Positions 24,627 through 35,208 of a stretch of 64,000 bases of DNA are shown here, piece by piece (position 1 is the stretch's first letter; each line of letters opens with the position of its first letter). This stretch comes from Alphaproteobacteria bacterium (lineage in GTDB: Bacteria; Pseudomonadota; Alphaproteobacteria; UBA828). The stretch lies in assembly GCA_963422645.2 (NCBI GenBank), contig CAXXVO010000009.1:384001-448000 (forward strand), in the 5' to 3' direction. The notes beneath the pieces were generated by a model. It had not been told where the DNA came from and ran no database searches. It saw only the letters and a program-made list of their open reading frames with translations. Both the position numbers and the translations under genes were made by a program.

Positions 24627-26600
24627 GCCGAACTTCCCCCCGGAAATGGGCTGATTTTCGGGGCTAAGCCGTTGATCTTACGGGCGTATCGGCCTTCGGC
24701 GCAGATGCAAAGTGTACCCATGTAAATGGAGAGAGGTGGTTGATATGAGGCGGGAGGTGGGCTATGTTCCGTCCCCATGTATATCGAGAGCGTCCCAAAC
24801 CGGAACTCCCCGCCCGCAATCCTCCTGCGCGAATCATGGCGCGCGGGCGGAAAAATCAGAAAACGCACCCTGGCCAATCTGTCCAAGTGGCCGCCGCACC
24901 TGATCGACGGTCTGCGCATCCTGCTGCGCGGCGGAACCGCAGTGCCCCGAGGCGAGACGATCCGCGAGCACGACGGCTTCGACATCACCCGCTCGCGTCC
25001 CTTCGGCCATGTGGCAGCGGTGCTCGGCGCCCTGCGCGGCCTCGGTCTGGAACGGCTGATCGGCGCCAGGCGCTCGCGGCTGCGCGATCTCGTGGTGGCC
25101 ATGATCGTCGCCCGCATCGTGGCGCCGCGCTCGAAGCTCGCCACCGCGCGCGGGCTCAGCGAGGACACGCTTGGCCACGGCCTCGGCGAGGCGCTCGCCC
25201 TGGGCGAGGTCGGCGAAGACGAGCTCTACGAGGCGATGGACTGGCTACTGCAGCGCCAGCCCAGGATCGAGCGGGGTCTGGCCGAGCGTCATCTCGAGGA
25301 CGGCGCGCTGGTGCTCTACGACGTCACTTCGACCTGGCTGGAGGGGCGCTGCTGTCCGCTGGCGCGTCACGGCTACTCCCGCGACGGCAAGCGCGGCAAG
25401 CTGCAGATCGTGTTCGGGCTTCTGTGCAACGCGCAGGGCTGCCCGGTGGCGGTGGAGGTGTTCGAGGGCAACACCGCCGATCCGGCCACACTGGGCACGC
25501 AGATCGACAAGCTGCGCCGGCGCTTCCGGCTTTCGCGGGTCGTTCTCGTGGGCGATCGCGGCATGCTCACCGAGGCGCGCATCCGCGAGGAGGTGAAGCC
25601 GGCCGGGCTGGAGTGGATCAGCGCGCTGCGGGCGCCGGCGATCCGCGAGCTGGCCTCCGGCGGGACGCTGCAGCTCTCGCTCTTCGACGAGCGCGCCCTG
25701 GCCGAGATCCATCATCCCGACTTCCCCGGCGAGCGCCTGATCGCCTGCCGCAACCCGCTGCTCGCCGAAGAGCGCGCGCGCAAGCGCGAGGCCCTGCTCC
25801 AGGCCACCGAGAGCGATCTCGACGCGATCCGTGCGGCAACCCGGCGCGACAAGCGCCGTCTCGCCGGCAAGGACAAGATCGGGCTGCGCGTGGGCAAGGT
25901 CATCGGCAAGCACAAGGTCGGAAAGCACTTCGACCTGGAGATCGCCGATGACGGCTTCGCCTGGCGGCGCAACGCAGAGCGGATCGCCGAAGAGGCGGCG
26001 CTCGATGGCCTCTACGTCATCCGCACCAGCCTGTCCGAGCGCGAGCTCGGGGCCGAGGACACGGTGCGCGCCTACAAGGGATTGAGCCGCATCGAGCGCG
26101 CCTTCCGAAGCGTCAAGACGGTCGACCTCAAGGTGCGGCCCATCCACCACTATCGGCCTGAGCGCGTGCGCGCCCACGTCCTGCTGTGCATGCTCGCCTA
26201 CCATGTCGAGTGGCACATGCGCCAAAGGCTCGCCCCCATCCTGTTCGACGAGGACGACCCGGCGGGCGCGGACGCCGCGCGCGCCTCCATCGTCGCACCG
26301 GCAAAGCCCTCGCCTTCGGCCCGGCGCAAGGCCGCCGCCAAGCGCACACCAGACGGCGTGCCGGTGCATAGCTTCCGCACCCTCCTCGAAGACCTGGCGA
26401 CCATCGCCAGGAACAGAGTTCAGCCGAAACTGCCCGGAGCACCGCCCTTCGACCTGGTCACCAAACCGACGAAGCTGCAGCGCCAGGCGCTCGACCTGCT
26501 CGGCGTCAGCCTGTAGCGTACCCAGTACGCGACTCCGCGAAACGGTGCTTTCCAAAGCAACCGCAATGGCTTAGCTCAATATCCGCTCCGGAAGTTCAGT
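24627..26600 (+). mobile_element. IS1634-family insertion sequence
   Basis: Imperfect terminal inverted repeats GCCGAACTTCC / GGAAGTTCAGT; CTAG duplicated at 24623-24626 and 26601-26604. Confidence 0.88.
24777..26516 (+). CDS. IS1634-family DDE transposase
   Basis: LLRESWRAGGKIRKRTLANL, LYDVTSTW, GYSRDGK, VGDRGM, IERAFRSVK, VRAHVLLCMLAY. Confidence 0.93.
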   Translation: MYIESVPNRNSPPAILLRESWRAGGKIRKRTLANLSKWPPHLIDGLRILLRGGTAVPRGETIREHDGFDITRSRPFGHVAAVLGALRGLGLERLIGARRSRLRDLVVAMIVARIVAPRSKLATARGLSEDTLGHGLGEALALGEVGEDELYEAMDWLLQRQPRIERGLAERHLEDGALVLYDVTSTWLEGRCCPLARHGYSRDGKRGKLQIVFGLLCNAQGCPVAVEVFEGNTADPATLGTQIDKLRRRFRLSRVVLVGDRGMLTEARIREEVKPAGLEWISALRAPAIRELASGGTLQLSLFDERALAEIHHPDFPGERLIACRNPLLAEERARKREALLQATESDLDAIRAATRRDKRRLAGKDKIGLRVGKVIGKHKVGKHFDLEIADDGFAWRRNAERIAEEAALDGLYVIRTSLSERELGAEDTVRAYKGLSRIERAFRSVKTVDLKVRPIHHYRPERVRAHVLLCMLAYHVEWHMRQRLAPILFDEDDPAGADAARASIVAPAKPSPSARRKAAAKRTPDGVPVHSFRTLLEDLATIARNRVQPKLPGAPPFDLVTKPTKLQRQALDLLGVSL

Positions 26601-26625
26601 CTAGGAAGAGCGGCGAGGCGCCAAG

Positions 26626-27456
26626 ATGCGGGAGACCCTCAAGCATCTCCGAAAGTCGCCGTGGAGCGCCCGGTTCGGGCTGCTCGTCGTCAGCTTCTAC
26701 GTGTTCGTCGCGATCTTCGGGCCCCTGCTGTCCCCCTACGGCGAATCAGAGATCGTCGGTTTCGAGTACGAGCCCTGGGGCGCCGAGTTCCTGCTAGGCA
26801 CCGACAATCTGGGGCGCGACATGCTGACCCGCCTCATCTATGGCGCCCGCAACACCATCGGCATCGCGTTCCTGACGACCCTGCTGGCCTTCCTCATCGG
26901 CTGCGTGGCGGGCTTCCTGGCCGCCGTGGTGGGCGGTTGGACCGAGCAGGCGATCAGCCGCGTGAACGACATCCTGATGGCGATCCCGCAGCTCATCTTC
27001 GCGCTGTTGATCCTCACCATCGCCGGCACGTCGATCCCGGTCTTGGTCGTCGTCATCGCCGTGCTCGATTCCACGCGCGTCTATCGGCTGGCGCGGGCGG
27101 TCGCGATGAACATCGTGGTCATGGACTACGTCGAGGTCGCGCGCCTCCGGGGCGAGGGGCTGTGGTGGATCATGCGGAGCGAGGTGCTGCCCAATGCGCT
27201 GCCGCCACTGGTGGCCGAGTTCGGGCTGCGCTTCTGCTTCGTCTTCCTGCTGCTGAGCGCGCTCAGCTTCCTCGGCCTCGGCATTCAGCCGCCCACGGCC
27301 GACTGGGGCAGCATGGTGCGCGACAACGCCACGCTGATCACCTTTGGCGACTTCACGCCGATCCTGCCGGCGGCCTCCATCGCGCTGCTCACCATCGGCG
27401 TGAACTTCATCGTCGACTGGCTCCTGCACAAGTCGTCGGGGCTGAAGGATGCCTAG
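26626..27456 (+). CDS. ABC transporter permease (DppC-like)
   Basis: LLGTDNLGRD, LSFLGLGIQPPTADWG. Confidence 0.93.
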   Translation: MRETLKHLRKSPWSARFGLLVVSFYVFVAIFGPLLSPYGESEIVGFEYEPWGAEFLLGTDNLGRDMLTRLIYGARNTIGIAFLTTLLAFLIGCVAGFLAAVVGGWTEQAISRVNDILMAIPQLIFALLILTIAGTSIPVLVVVIAVLDSTRVYRLARAVAMNIVVMDYVEVARLRGEGLWWIMRSEVLPNALPPLVAEFGLRFCFVFLLLSALSFLGLGIQPPTADWGSMVRDNATLITFGDFTPILPAASIALLTIGVNFIVDWLLHKSSGLKDA

Positions 27457-29140
27457 CGTGGGGAGCGAGAGCGGCGCGCGCGAGCCCCTGCTTACGATGA
27501 CGGGACTCCGCATCGAAGGGCAGGCCGACGAGGAGTGGCACGAGATCGTGCACGGCGTCGACGTGGTGCTTCACCGCGGCGAAGTGCTGGGGCTGATCGG
27601 CGAGTCAGGGGCCGGCAAGTCCACCATCGGGCTCGCGGCCATGGGCTTCGCCCGGCCAGGCTGCCGGCTCACTGGCGGCGATATCGTGTTCGACGGTGTG
27701 GAGCTGCGCAGCGCCCCGCGAGATCACAATCGGGCCCTTCGGGGCGCCCGCATCGCTTACGTCGCCCAGAGCGCGGCAGCTGCGTTCAACCCGGCGCACC
27801 GGCTCATCGACCAGTTCACCGAGGCCCCGGTGCGCCACAAGATCAAGTCGCGGGCCGCAGCGGAGGCGGACGCCAAGGACCTTTTCGGCACGCTTCGGCT
27901 CCCGGAGCCCGAGAAGATCGGCTACCGCTATCCGCACCAGGTTTCCGGCGGCCAGCTTCAGCGCGCCATGGTCGCAATGGCCATGGCGTGCCGCCCCGAC
28001 CTCATCGTCTTCGACGAGCCGACGACGGCGCTCGACGTGACCACGCAGATCGAGGTGCTGGCAGCGGTCAAGGACGTCATCAGGCAGCTCGATACGGCGG
28101 CCATCTATATCAGCCACGATCTCGCCGTCGTCGCCCAGATGGCGGACCGCATCATGGTGCTGCGCCACGGCAACCTCGTGGAAGAGGGAACGGCCGACAG
28201 CATCGTCAATCGCCCGGAGCAGGAGTACACGCAGCGGCTGCTCGCGGTTCGCACCTACCGAAAACCCGTCGCGGAGCCGACGCGGGAGGAGCCACTCCTG
28301 CGCATCGAAGGCATCGCCGCGCGCTACCGCCGGTCCGCGCGCGTGCTGGAAGGCGTCGATCTCGACATCGGCCGGCAGCGTACGGTCGCGATCGTGGGCG
28401 AGTCAGGCAGCGGGAAGAGCACGCTCGCGCGCGTCGTCACCGGGCTGCTGCCGCCGGAGGAAGGCCGGCTCGTGTTCGACGGCGACGTGCTGGCACCGGC
28501 GCTCGCCCGACGGCCGCGCGAGCAGCTCCGCCGCCTGCAGATGATCCATCAGATGCCGGACACGGCCTTGAATCCGCGCCAGCGCACGCGCGATGTCGTC
28601 GGCCGCCCGCTCACGTTCTATGCCGGGTTGCACGGCCGGGGACGCGAAGACCGGGTGCGCGAGCTCCTGACCATGGTCGAGCTCGAGCCCGAGGAGTTCA
28701 TCGACCGCTACCCGGCCGAGCTCTCCGGCGGCCAGAAGCAGCGGGTGTGCATCGCCCGCGCGCTCGCCGCACAGCCGGACCTGATCATCTGCGACGAGGT
28801 GACATCGGCGCTCGACCAGCTGGTGGCCGAGCGAGTCCTGCAGCTCTTGCAGCGCCTTCAGGACGAACTCGGCGTCTCCTACATGTTCATCACGCACGAT
28901 TTCGCGACCGTGCGGGCGATCTCCGACGAGATCGTGGTCATGTTCCAGGGACGCATCGTTGAGCAGGGCCCGAGAAACGACGTGCTGACGCCGCCTCACC
29001 ACGAATACACGGACCTGCTGCTCTCCTCGGTGCCGGAAATGAAGATCGGCTGGCTGGATCGGACACTCGCAGAACGCAGGGAGGGTCAAGCGGATGGCAA
29101 AGAGGGCTTGAAGGGAGGCACGCCGCCCGCTCATAGTTGA
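27449..29140 (+). CDS. ABC transporter ATP-binding protein with two ATPase domains
   Basis: GESGAGKS and GESGSGKS; VSGGQ and LSGGQ; DEPTTALD. Confidence 0.94.
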   Translation: MPSVGSESGAREPLLTMTGLRIEGQADEEWHEIVHGVDVVLHRGEVLGLIGESGAGKSTIGLAAMGFARPGCRLTGGDIVFDGVELRSAPRDHNRALRGARIAYVAQSAAAAFNPAHRLIDQFTEAPVRHKIKSRAAAEADAKDLFGTLRLPEPEKIGYRYPHQVSGGQLQRAMVAMAMACRPDLIVFDEPTTALDVTTQIEVLAAVKDVIRQLDTAAIYISHDLAVVAQMADRIMVLRHGNLVEEGTADSIVNRPEQEYTQRLLAVRTYRKPVAEPTREEPLLRIEGIAARYRRSARVLEGVDLDIGRQRTVAIVGESGSGKSTLARVVTGLLPPEEGRLVFDGDVLAPALARRPREQLRRLQMIHQMPDTALNPRQRTRDVVGRPLTFYAGLHGRGREDRVRELLTMVELEPEEFIDRYPAELSGGQKQRVCIARALAAQPDLIICDEVTSALDQLVAERVLQLLQRLQDELGVSYMFITHDFATVRAISDEIVVMFQGRIVEQGPRNDVLTPPHHEYTDLLLSSVPEMKIGWLDRTLAERREGQADGKEGLKGGTPPAHS

Positions 29141-29189
29141 TATGACTTGGTCGGTCAGACCGAGGGTGTTGGCGGAAGGAGGACATGCC

Positions 29190-29768
29190 GTGGGTCGAGC
29201 TGCGAGATTGGCTGACGAATTGGCGGCTCTGAGCGACCCGCGCATGCAGGCGTCGACGGTGTGGACTCTGCCTGCGCGATGGTACGCCGATCCCGAGATC
29301 TACGAGGCGGAACGGCGGCGCATCTTCTCGCGCGAGTGGCTCTGGATCGGGCGCGAGACGGAGGTCGCCGAGCCGGGCCAGTACGTGACGGCCGCTCCTG
29401 CGGGGTTCCCGCTCTTCGTGCGCCGCGCCGAGGATGGCACGCTCCGCGCGTTCCACAACGTGTGCCGGCACCGGGCCTCCAAGCTGCTCACGGAGCCGAG
29501 CCGGCATTGCAACACCATCGAGTGCCCCTATCACGGCTGGCGCTACCGCTCGGACGGCGCGCTCGACCATGTGCCGCTCTTCGGCGAGGCGCCGGCGGAC
29601 TACGGCACCCAGCTCGCCAGGGAGGACATCGGGATCGTGGAGGTGGTCCAGCAGAATCTGAACGCCGGCGTGTACGAGCGCGGGCCGCTCAGCCCGCGTC
29701 ACGAGAACGGCCTCCTTCACTTCCACGAGATGGTGCGCGAAGCGATCGGCCCGGCGGTGGAAGCTTAG
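29190..29768 (+). pseudogene. Rieske oxygenase alpha subunit (choline monooxygenase-like) with in-frame internal deletion
   Basis: GTG after AAGGAGG; NVCRHR...CPYHGW Rieske motif joined directly to the C-terminal EDIGIVEVVQQNL...E.GLLHFH; only about 192 aa. Confidence 0.75.
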
Positions 29769-29771
29769 AAC

Positions 29772-30878
29772 TTAGAGTTCGCTGACCGCGTGGGCAGCGT
29801 TCTCCAGCCATTCTGAGCGGACCCTAATCCCCCAGCCGGGGCCGCCCGGAATCTCGACCTTACCGTCCCGCGCAACCGGAATCTCGTCATAGATGCCGTA
29901 TTGCCAGGGATAGAAGTCGGCCTCCTCGATGGAGAACTCGACGTAGGGCCCCGCGTTCTCCAGCGCGCCCATCAGGTGCAGGGTGAAGATCGTGACCAGA
30001 GACATGTTCGCGGCGTGCGGCGTGACCGGCATGCCGGCCGCCTCGGCCATGCGCGCAACGCGGAGGAAGCGCTCGACGCCACCCACGTAGCAGACATCGG
30101 GCTGGGCCACGTCCATCGTCCGGCTGTCGATCAGGAACTGCCAGAGGGTGAGGTTGTTGTCCTGCTCGCCGCCGGTCACGTCCAGCTCGAGCGCGTTCTT
30201 GACCTCTCGCGTCCAGGCCGGCTTCCAGTAGGGGCAGGGCTCCTCGAAGTGGCACACCCCATTCTCTTCCAGAACCTCGCCGAGCGCGATCGCCTGCTCA
30301 GGCGCGTAGCAGCTGTTCGCGTCGACCAGCAGCGCGACATCGTCGCCGAGCGCGCGACGGACCTCCCGCACGATCGCCTCGGAACGGCCGGGCCAATGGT
30401 CCCGCCCGCGGCCGCATTCCGCGCCCACGCGGAACTTGAAGGCGTCGTAGCCGTGACGCTCGCGCAGCCTGAGGAAGCGCTCGGCCTCCGCCTCCGGCGT
30501 GATGTCCCGCTGCATGCTGGAGGCGTAGACCCGAAGCGCGCGCGGAGAGCCGCCCAGGAGCGCGCAGACGCTCTTGCTCTCGAGCTTGCCGTGGAGATCC
30601 CAGATCGCGGTGTCGAGTCCGCCCAGCGCCCGGCACAGGTGTGAGCCCGGGAACTTGTGCTCCTTCTCGCAGATCAGGTCGAGCAGGTCCCCCAGTTCGT
30701 CGAGCGCCGAGATGTCCTGGCCGAGCGCCCAGGGCGCGATCTGCCGGTGAAGCACGGTTGCGGAAATGTCGGCATGGTAGGTCGAGACCTGTCCCCAGCC
30801 TTCGGCGCCATCGTCGCTGGTGACGCGCGTGAGGCCGACCTCGCGGGTGCAGAACGTCTCGATCTTCTGAATCTTCAT
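29772..30878 (-). CDS. Mandelate racemase/muconate lactonizing enzyme family
   Basis: DTAIWDL, KFRVG, VDANS, FEEP, GGEQD, PHAAN. Confidence 0.9.
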   Translation of the reverse strand: MKIQKIETFCTREVGLTRVTSDDGAEGWGQVSTYHADISATVLHRQIAPWALGQDISALDELGDLLDLICEKEHKFPGSHLCRALGGLDTAIWDLHGKLESKSVCALLGGSPRALRVYASSMQRDITPEAEAERFLRLRERHGYDAFKFRVGAECGRGRDHWPGRSEAIVREVRRALGDDVALLVDANSCYAPEQAIALGEVLEENGVCHFEEPCPYWKPAWTREVKNALELDVTGGEQDNNLTLWQFLIDSRTMDVAQPDVCYVGGVERFLRVARMAEAAGMPVTPHAANMSLVTIFTLHLMGALENAGPYVEFSIEEADFYPWQYGIYDEIPVARDGKVEIPGGPGWGIRVRSEWLENAAHAVSEL

Positions 30879-30896
30879 GGGCCAGCCCACACCTGC

Positions 30897-32015
30897 TTAT
30901 TCCGGAAAGACGATGACATGGCGCAGATCGCGGGAGCGCCGCGCAAGCGCGAGCGCTTCGTTGATCTCGTCCAGAGGCCCGCGCGAGGCAACCAGCTCGT
31001 CGAGCCTGAGCCGGCCGCTTCGATAGAGCCGGAACAGCCTCGGCACGTCGATGCGGAGTCTGGCGTCACCCATCTTGCAGCCGAGAATCCTCTGACCGAA
31101 GTGCGCGAGGTCGGTCGCGTTCAGGCTGACCCGCTGGTCGTGAGGCGGCATGCCCACCACCACCAGCGCCCCCTTTGGCGCAAGCAGCGGCAGCGCCCGC
31201 TCGATGGCCCGGGCATTGCCCACCGCCGTCATCACCACGTCGAAGCCGCGACCGTCGGTCAGCGCGAGCGCCCGGTCGGTGGCGTTCTCGCCCGTGGCGT
31301 CGATCGCGTCCGTCGCCCCGAATGCCCGCGCCTGCTCCAGCTTGTCGTCAGTGACGTCGATGGCCACGAGCGGTAGGGCGCCGGCGAGCGCAGCGCCCTG
31401 AACGCAGTTGAGACCGACCCCGCCGCAGCCGACCACCGCGACCGCATCGCCCACTTGCACCTTCGCGGTGTTGATGGCCGCGCCGAAGCCGGTGATGACA
31501 CCGCAAGAGAGCAGGCAAGCGACATCGTCTGCGACCTGCGCCGGCAGCGTCACGACTTGCGAGATATCGACCACCACGCTCTCGGCGAAGCCGCCGACGC
31601 GGAGCCCGGCTCGAACCGGCCGGCCCTGCTCATCACTCAGACGCGGAGCGGAATCGATGCCGAACGCGGTCACGCACTGGGCCGGGCTGCCGGCCTCGCA
31701 GCATTCGCAGCGCCCGCACGAGCGCAGCAGCGAGACGAGCACGCGGTCGCCCGCACAGATGTCACCCGGCGGCACCGACGGGCCGAGGCCGGTGACGATT
31801 CCCGCCAGCTCGTGCCCGAACACGGCCGGCAGCGCGTCTCCCCCGCCCCAGCCGCCGTCCATGTAGGTGATGTCCGAGTGGCAGATCGAGCTTGCGCGCA
31901 CCTTGACCCGAATCTCGCTGCCCTCGGGCGGCGCGAGCCGCAGCGTCTCGATGGAAAGCGGCTCACCGAATGCGCGGCAGACCGCGGCGCGTATCTCGAT
32001 CGTGCCTGACGTCAT
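30897..32015 (-). CDS. Zn-dependent alcohol dehydrogenase
   Basis: ICHSD, GHE, CGRCECC, GCGGVG. Confidence 0.9.
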   Translation of the reverse strand: MTSGTIEIRAAVCRAFGEPLSIETLRLAPPEGSEIRVKVRASSICHSDITYMDGGWGGGDALPAVFGHELAGIVTGLGPSVPPGDICAGDRVLVSLLRSCGRCECCEAGSPAQCVTAFGIDSAPRLSDEQGRPVRAGLRVGGFAESVVVDISQVVTLPAQVADDVACLLSCGVITGFGAAINTAKVQVGDAVAVVGCGGVGLNCVQGAALAGALPLVAIDVTDDKLEQARAFGATDAIDATGENATDRALALTDGRGFDVVMTAVGNARAIERALPLLAPKGALVVVGMPPHDQRVSLNATDLAHFGQRILGCKMGDARLRIDVPRLFRLYRSGRLRLDELVASRGPLDEINEALALARRSRDLRHVIVFPE

Positions 32016-32221
32016 GGCGCACTCGACCTCCCGATGCGAAGGAGGACGCAGCCCCGCGCTCCCCCGACCTCAGGCGCACACTGTCGGTGCAAGTCTTTCC
32101 TGACAAGCCAACCCGCGTGCCGATATTGCGCACGCTGGGCAGCTTTGCGAGAGTCGATCCGGCGCGCGGCGAGACGCTCGATCGCGCGCCGGGAGAGGAC
32201 CACCGGAGCAGGGAGGTCACG

Positions 32222-32473
32222 ACGCCGCTACTGGAGAACAAGGACCTCGCGGTCGCCGACATCTACGTGCCGGCCAAGCGCCGCCGGACGCTCAAGCAGG
32301 AGACGGTCGACGCGCTCGCCGAGAGCATTCTCGAAGACGGACTGAAGGTGCCGATCCTGGTGCGGCAGGACCGCTCGCGCTACGTGCTCGTGGAAGGCCT
32401 GCACCGGCTCGAGGCGTGCAAGGCGCTCGGCGAGGAGTTGATCGCCTGCACCATGGTCCAGGCCCGGAGCTGA
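32222..32473 (+). CDS. Small standalone ParB N-terminal-domain protein (probable ACG start)
   Basis: DIYVPAKRRRTL...LAESILEDGLKVPILVR...LVEGLHRLEACKALG; GGAGG at 32212-32216 precedes ACG. Confidence 0.7.
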   Translation, partial: TPLLENKDLAVADIYVPAKRRRTLKQETVDALAESILEDGLKVPILVRQDRSRYVLVEGLHRLEACKALGEELIACTMVQARS

Positions 32474-32517
32474 CGGGCGCGGCAGGCAGGCCGCGATGAG
32501 CCACGGATGAGGAGCGC

Positions 32518-33519
32518 ATGAGCAAGGTCGGATTCGGCTTCCTCGATCATCCGGGGGTGCGCGAGCAGCTGAGGCTCGCCGCCAAGGCCGAAGCGCTCGG
32601 CTACGACTCGCTCTGGGTCACCGAGATCAGGCTTGCCCGCGACGCCATCTCGGTGCTGGGCGGCATGGCCGCCACTACCGAGCGGGTGCGCCTCGGCAGC
32701 TGCATCGTCAACAGCTGGACCCGCGGCCCGGCGCTCATGGCCATGACCTTCGCCACCCTCGACAACCTCGCGCCGGGGCGGATGAACCTCGGCCTCGGTG
32801 CCTACTGGGACCCGCTCGCCTGGAAGCAGGGCATCGATCGCCGCAAGCCGCTCACCCAGATGCGCGAGTACGTGGGCGTCCTGCGCCGGCTGCTCGCACT
32901 GGAAGACGGCGTCACGCATGAGGGCGAGCTGGTCACGGTGCGCGATCTCACCCTCGACCTCGGCCACGGCGACCCGCGCACACCACCGGCCGTCAGGATC
33001 TTCATCGGCCCCACGGGGCCCCGCATGATGGAGCTCTCCGGCGAGATCGCCGACGGGGTGCTGATCAACGGTATCCTCTCGCCCGCCTACACCAGCCGCT
33101 CCCTGGAGCGGATCGCCGCAGGTGCCGCGCGCGCGGGCCGGACGCTCGCCGACGTGGAGAAGCTGCAGCTCGTCAACATCTCGATGAACGAGGACCGGGA
33201 CAAGGCGCTCTACGATGCCAAGCGCGTGGTGACCCAGTACCTGGGCCAGCAGCCGCACTTCGCCAAGGCCTGGGAGATTCCGGAGAATCGTGTCGCCGAG
33301 ATTTCGCGCGTCATGGGCGGCTGGCCGCCCAGGCCCGGCGGCATCGAGGATGCCATGGCGCTGGTCGACGACGCGCTGGTGGGCGAGCTGATCGCCTACG
33401 GCACCCCGGACGAATGCGTGGCGAGCGCCCAGCGCTGGCTCGACACCGGGCTCGATCAGCTCATTCTGATTCCGCTCAGCCGAAACTACGACGAGATCCT
33501 GGAGGTCTTCGCGCCGTGA
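32518..33519 (+). CDS. LLM-class flavin/F420-dependent oxidoreductase
   Basis: AEALGYDSLWVTE, GRMNLGLG, GEIADG, YGTPDEC. Confidence 0.9.
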   Translation: MSKVGFGFLDHPGVREQLRLAAKAEALGYDSLWVTEIRLARDAISVLGGMAATTERVRLGSCIVNSWTRGPALMAMTFATLDNLAPGRMNLGLGAYWDPLAWKQGIDRRKPLTQMREYVGVLRRLLALEDGVTHEGELVTVRDLTLDLGHGDPRTPPAVRIFIGPTGPRMMELSGEIADGVLINGILSPAYTSRSLERIAAGAARAGRTLADVEKLQLVNISMNEDRDKALYDAKRVVTQYLGQQPHFAKAWEIPENRVAEISRVMGGWPPRPGGIEDAMALVDDALVGELIAYGTPDECVASAQRWLDTGLDQLILIPLSRNYDEILEVFAP

Positions 33520-34802
33520 ACGCGGAGGCGTTGCGCGCCGCCGTGGACGCGCGGCTGCCGCTGGCGGACTCGCTCTTCGACGAGATCCGCGCGGCCAGCG
33601 CGGCGGAAGCCGGTGTGACCCGCCCGGCCTGGAGCGCCGAAGACCAATTCGCCAGTGACCGCATCGCGGACGCTGCGGTCGCGTTTGGGCTGGAGGCGGC
33701 TTACGACCACGCGGGCAACCTCTATTGCACGCTGCCGGGCCGGGACCGGCGCGCGCCTGCCGTCCTCACGGGCTCGCACACCGATTCCGTGCCGACCGGC
33801 GGGCACTACGACGGGCTCGCCGGCGCGGTCGCCGGCCTCGTAGCACTCGCCGCGTTTCGCGATATCGGCTGGCAGCCGGGCTGCGACGTGTCCGCCATCG
33901 CCACGCGCGCGGAGGAAAGCGTCTGGTTCGGCATCCCCTTCATCGGCGCCCGCCTCGCGCTCGGCTCGCTCTCCCACGACCACCTGGATTCGCTGCGGCG
34001 TTCTGATACCGGGCGCACGCTCGCGGAGCACATGGCGGCCCTGGGTCTCGATGCCGATGCGCTCCGCCGCGAAGAGGGACCCCGCCTCTCGCCCGCCAAC
34101 GCCTGCGCCTTCCTGGAGCTCCACATCGAGCAGGGGCCGGTGCTGGTGGCGGAGGGCGCGCAGGTGGCAGTTCCCACCGTCATTCGCGGCAATGTGCGTT
34201 GGCCGGACGCAAGTTGCCTCGGCCGCTACGACCATTCCGGTGCCACGCCCCGCGACCACCGGCAGGACACCGTGCTGGCCGCAGCCGAACTGGTTCAGGC
34301 GCTGGGGGCGTTCTGGATCGCGCGGGAGGAGAGCGGCGAGCCCGACACCGTGTTCACCGTGGGCAAGTTCTTCACCGATGGCGCCCACCACGCTATGACG
34401 AAGGTTCCCGGCCGCTGCGACTTCACCCTCAACTTCGGCGGCACGAGCCAGGCCTTTCTCGATGCGTGCCGGGCCGAGGTCGAGGCCCGCGCTGTGGAGA
34501 TCGCCGCGCGCCGGCGGGTTAGCTTCGACCTCGGGGAGTGCGTCGGCGCCGCGCCGGCGCCGCTGGATGCGTCGCTCCGCGCCGCACTCGAAGACTCGGC
34601 GGCGGCGCTGGAAATACCGACGCGGCGCTTCGCCACCGTGGGCCACGATGCCGCCGTCTTCCAACGTGCGGGCATTCCGGCCGCGATGGTGCTGGTGCGC
34701 AACGCCCACGGCAGCCACAACCCGGACGAGGCCATGACGCTCGACGACTTCGGCGCGGGCGTTGCGGTGCTCGCGGCCGCGATCGCACGGCTCGCCGCTT
34801 AG
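33516..34802 (+). CDS. N-carbamoylase/allantoate amidohydrolase (M20) family
   Basis: GSHTDSVPTGGHYDG, EES, ELHIEQGP, GHDA, SHNPDE; GTG overlaps the upstream stop. Confidence 0.9.
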   Translation: MNAEALRAAVDARLPLADSLFDEIRAASAAEAGVTRPAWSAEDQFASDRIADAAVAFGLEAAYDHAGNLYCTLPGRDRRAPAVLTGSHTDSVPTGGHYDGLAGAVAGLVALAAFRDIGWQPGCDVSAIATRAEESVWFGIPFIGARLALGSLSHDHLDSLRRSDTGRTLAEHMAALGLDADALRREEGPRLSPANACAFLELHIEQGPVLVAEGAQVAVPTVIRGNVRWPDASCLGRYDHSGATPRDHRQDTVLAAAELVQALGAFWIAREESGEPDTVFTVGKFFTDGAHHAMTKVPGRCDFTLNFGGTSQAFLDACRAEVEARAVEIAARRRVSFDLGECVGAAPAPLDASLRAALEDSAAALEIPTRRFATVGHDAAVFQRAGIPAAMVLVRNAHGSHNPDEAMTLDDFGAGVAVLAAAIARLAA

Positions 34803-34824
34803 CGGCCCGCATGAGGAGCGAGGG

Positions 34825-35196
34825 ATGACCAACATTCACACCGGCGGCTGCCTCTGCGGCGGCGTCAGGTACCGGGCGACAGGCCCGCTGCGCCCGGTCA
34901 TCGCCTGCCACTGCACGCAGTGCCGCAAGACCTCCGGCCACTTTGCCGCCATGACCTCGGTGCCGCTGGCCCGCTTCGCCCTCGAATCCGACGCGACCCT
35001 GGTCTGGTTCCACTCCTCGGAGATTGCGCGGCGCGGGTTCTGCAGCCGCTGCGGTGGCAATCTGTTCTGGGAGCCGGCGGGCGAGGGCCGGGTCTCGATC
35101 ACCGCGGGTACGCTGGACGGCGCGACCGGGCTCGCCATCGAGCGTCACATCTTCACCGAGGACGCCGGCGACTATTACGACGTGCCGGGGCACTAG
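34825..35196 (+). CDS. GFA family (CENP-V-like) protein
   Basis: GGCLCGGVRY, CHCTQCRK, RGFCSRCG. Confidence 0.9.
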   Translation: MTNIHTGGCLCGGVRYRATGPLRPVIACHCTQCRKTSGHFAAMTSVPLARFALESDATLVWFHSSEIARRGFCSRCGGNLFWEPAGEGRVSITAGTLDGATGLAIERHIFTEDAGDYYDVPGH

Positions 35197-35208
35197 GAGA
35201 GAAGACGC

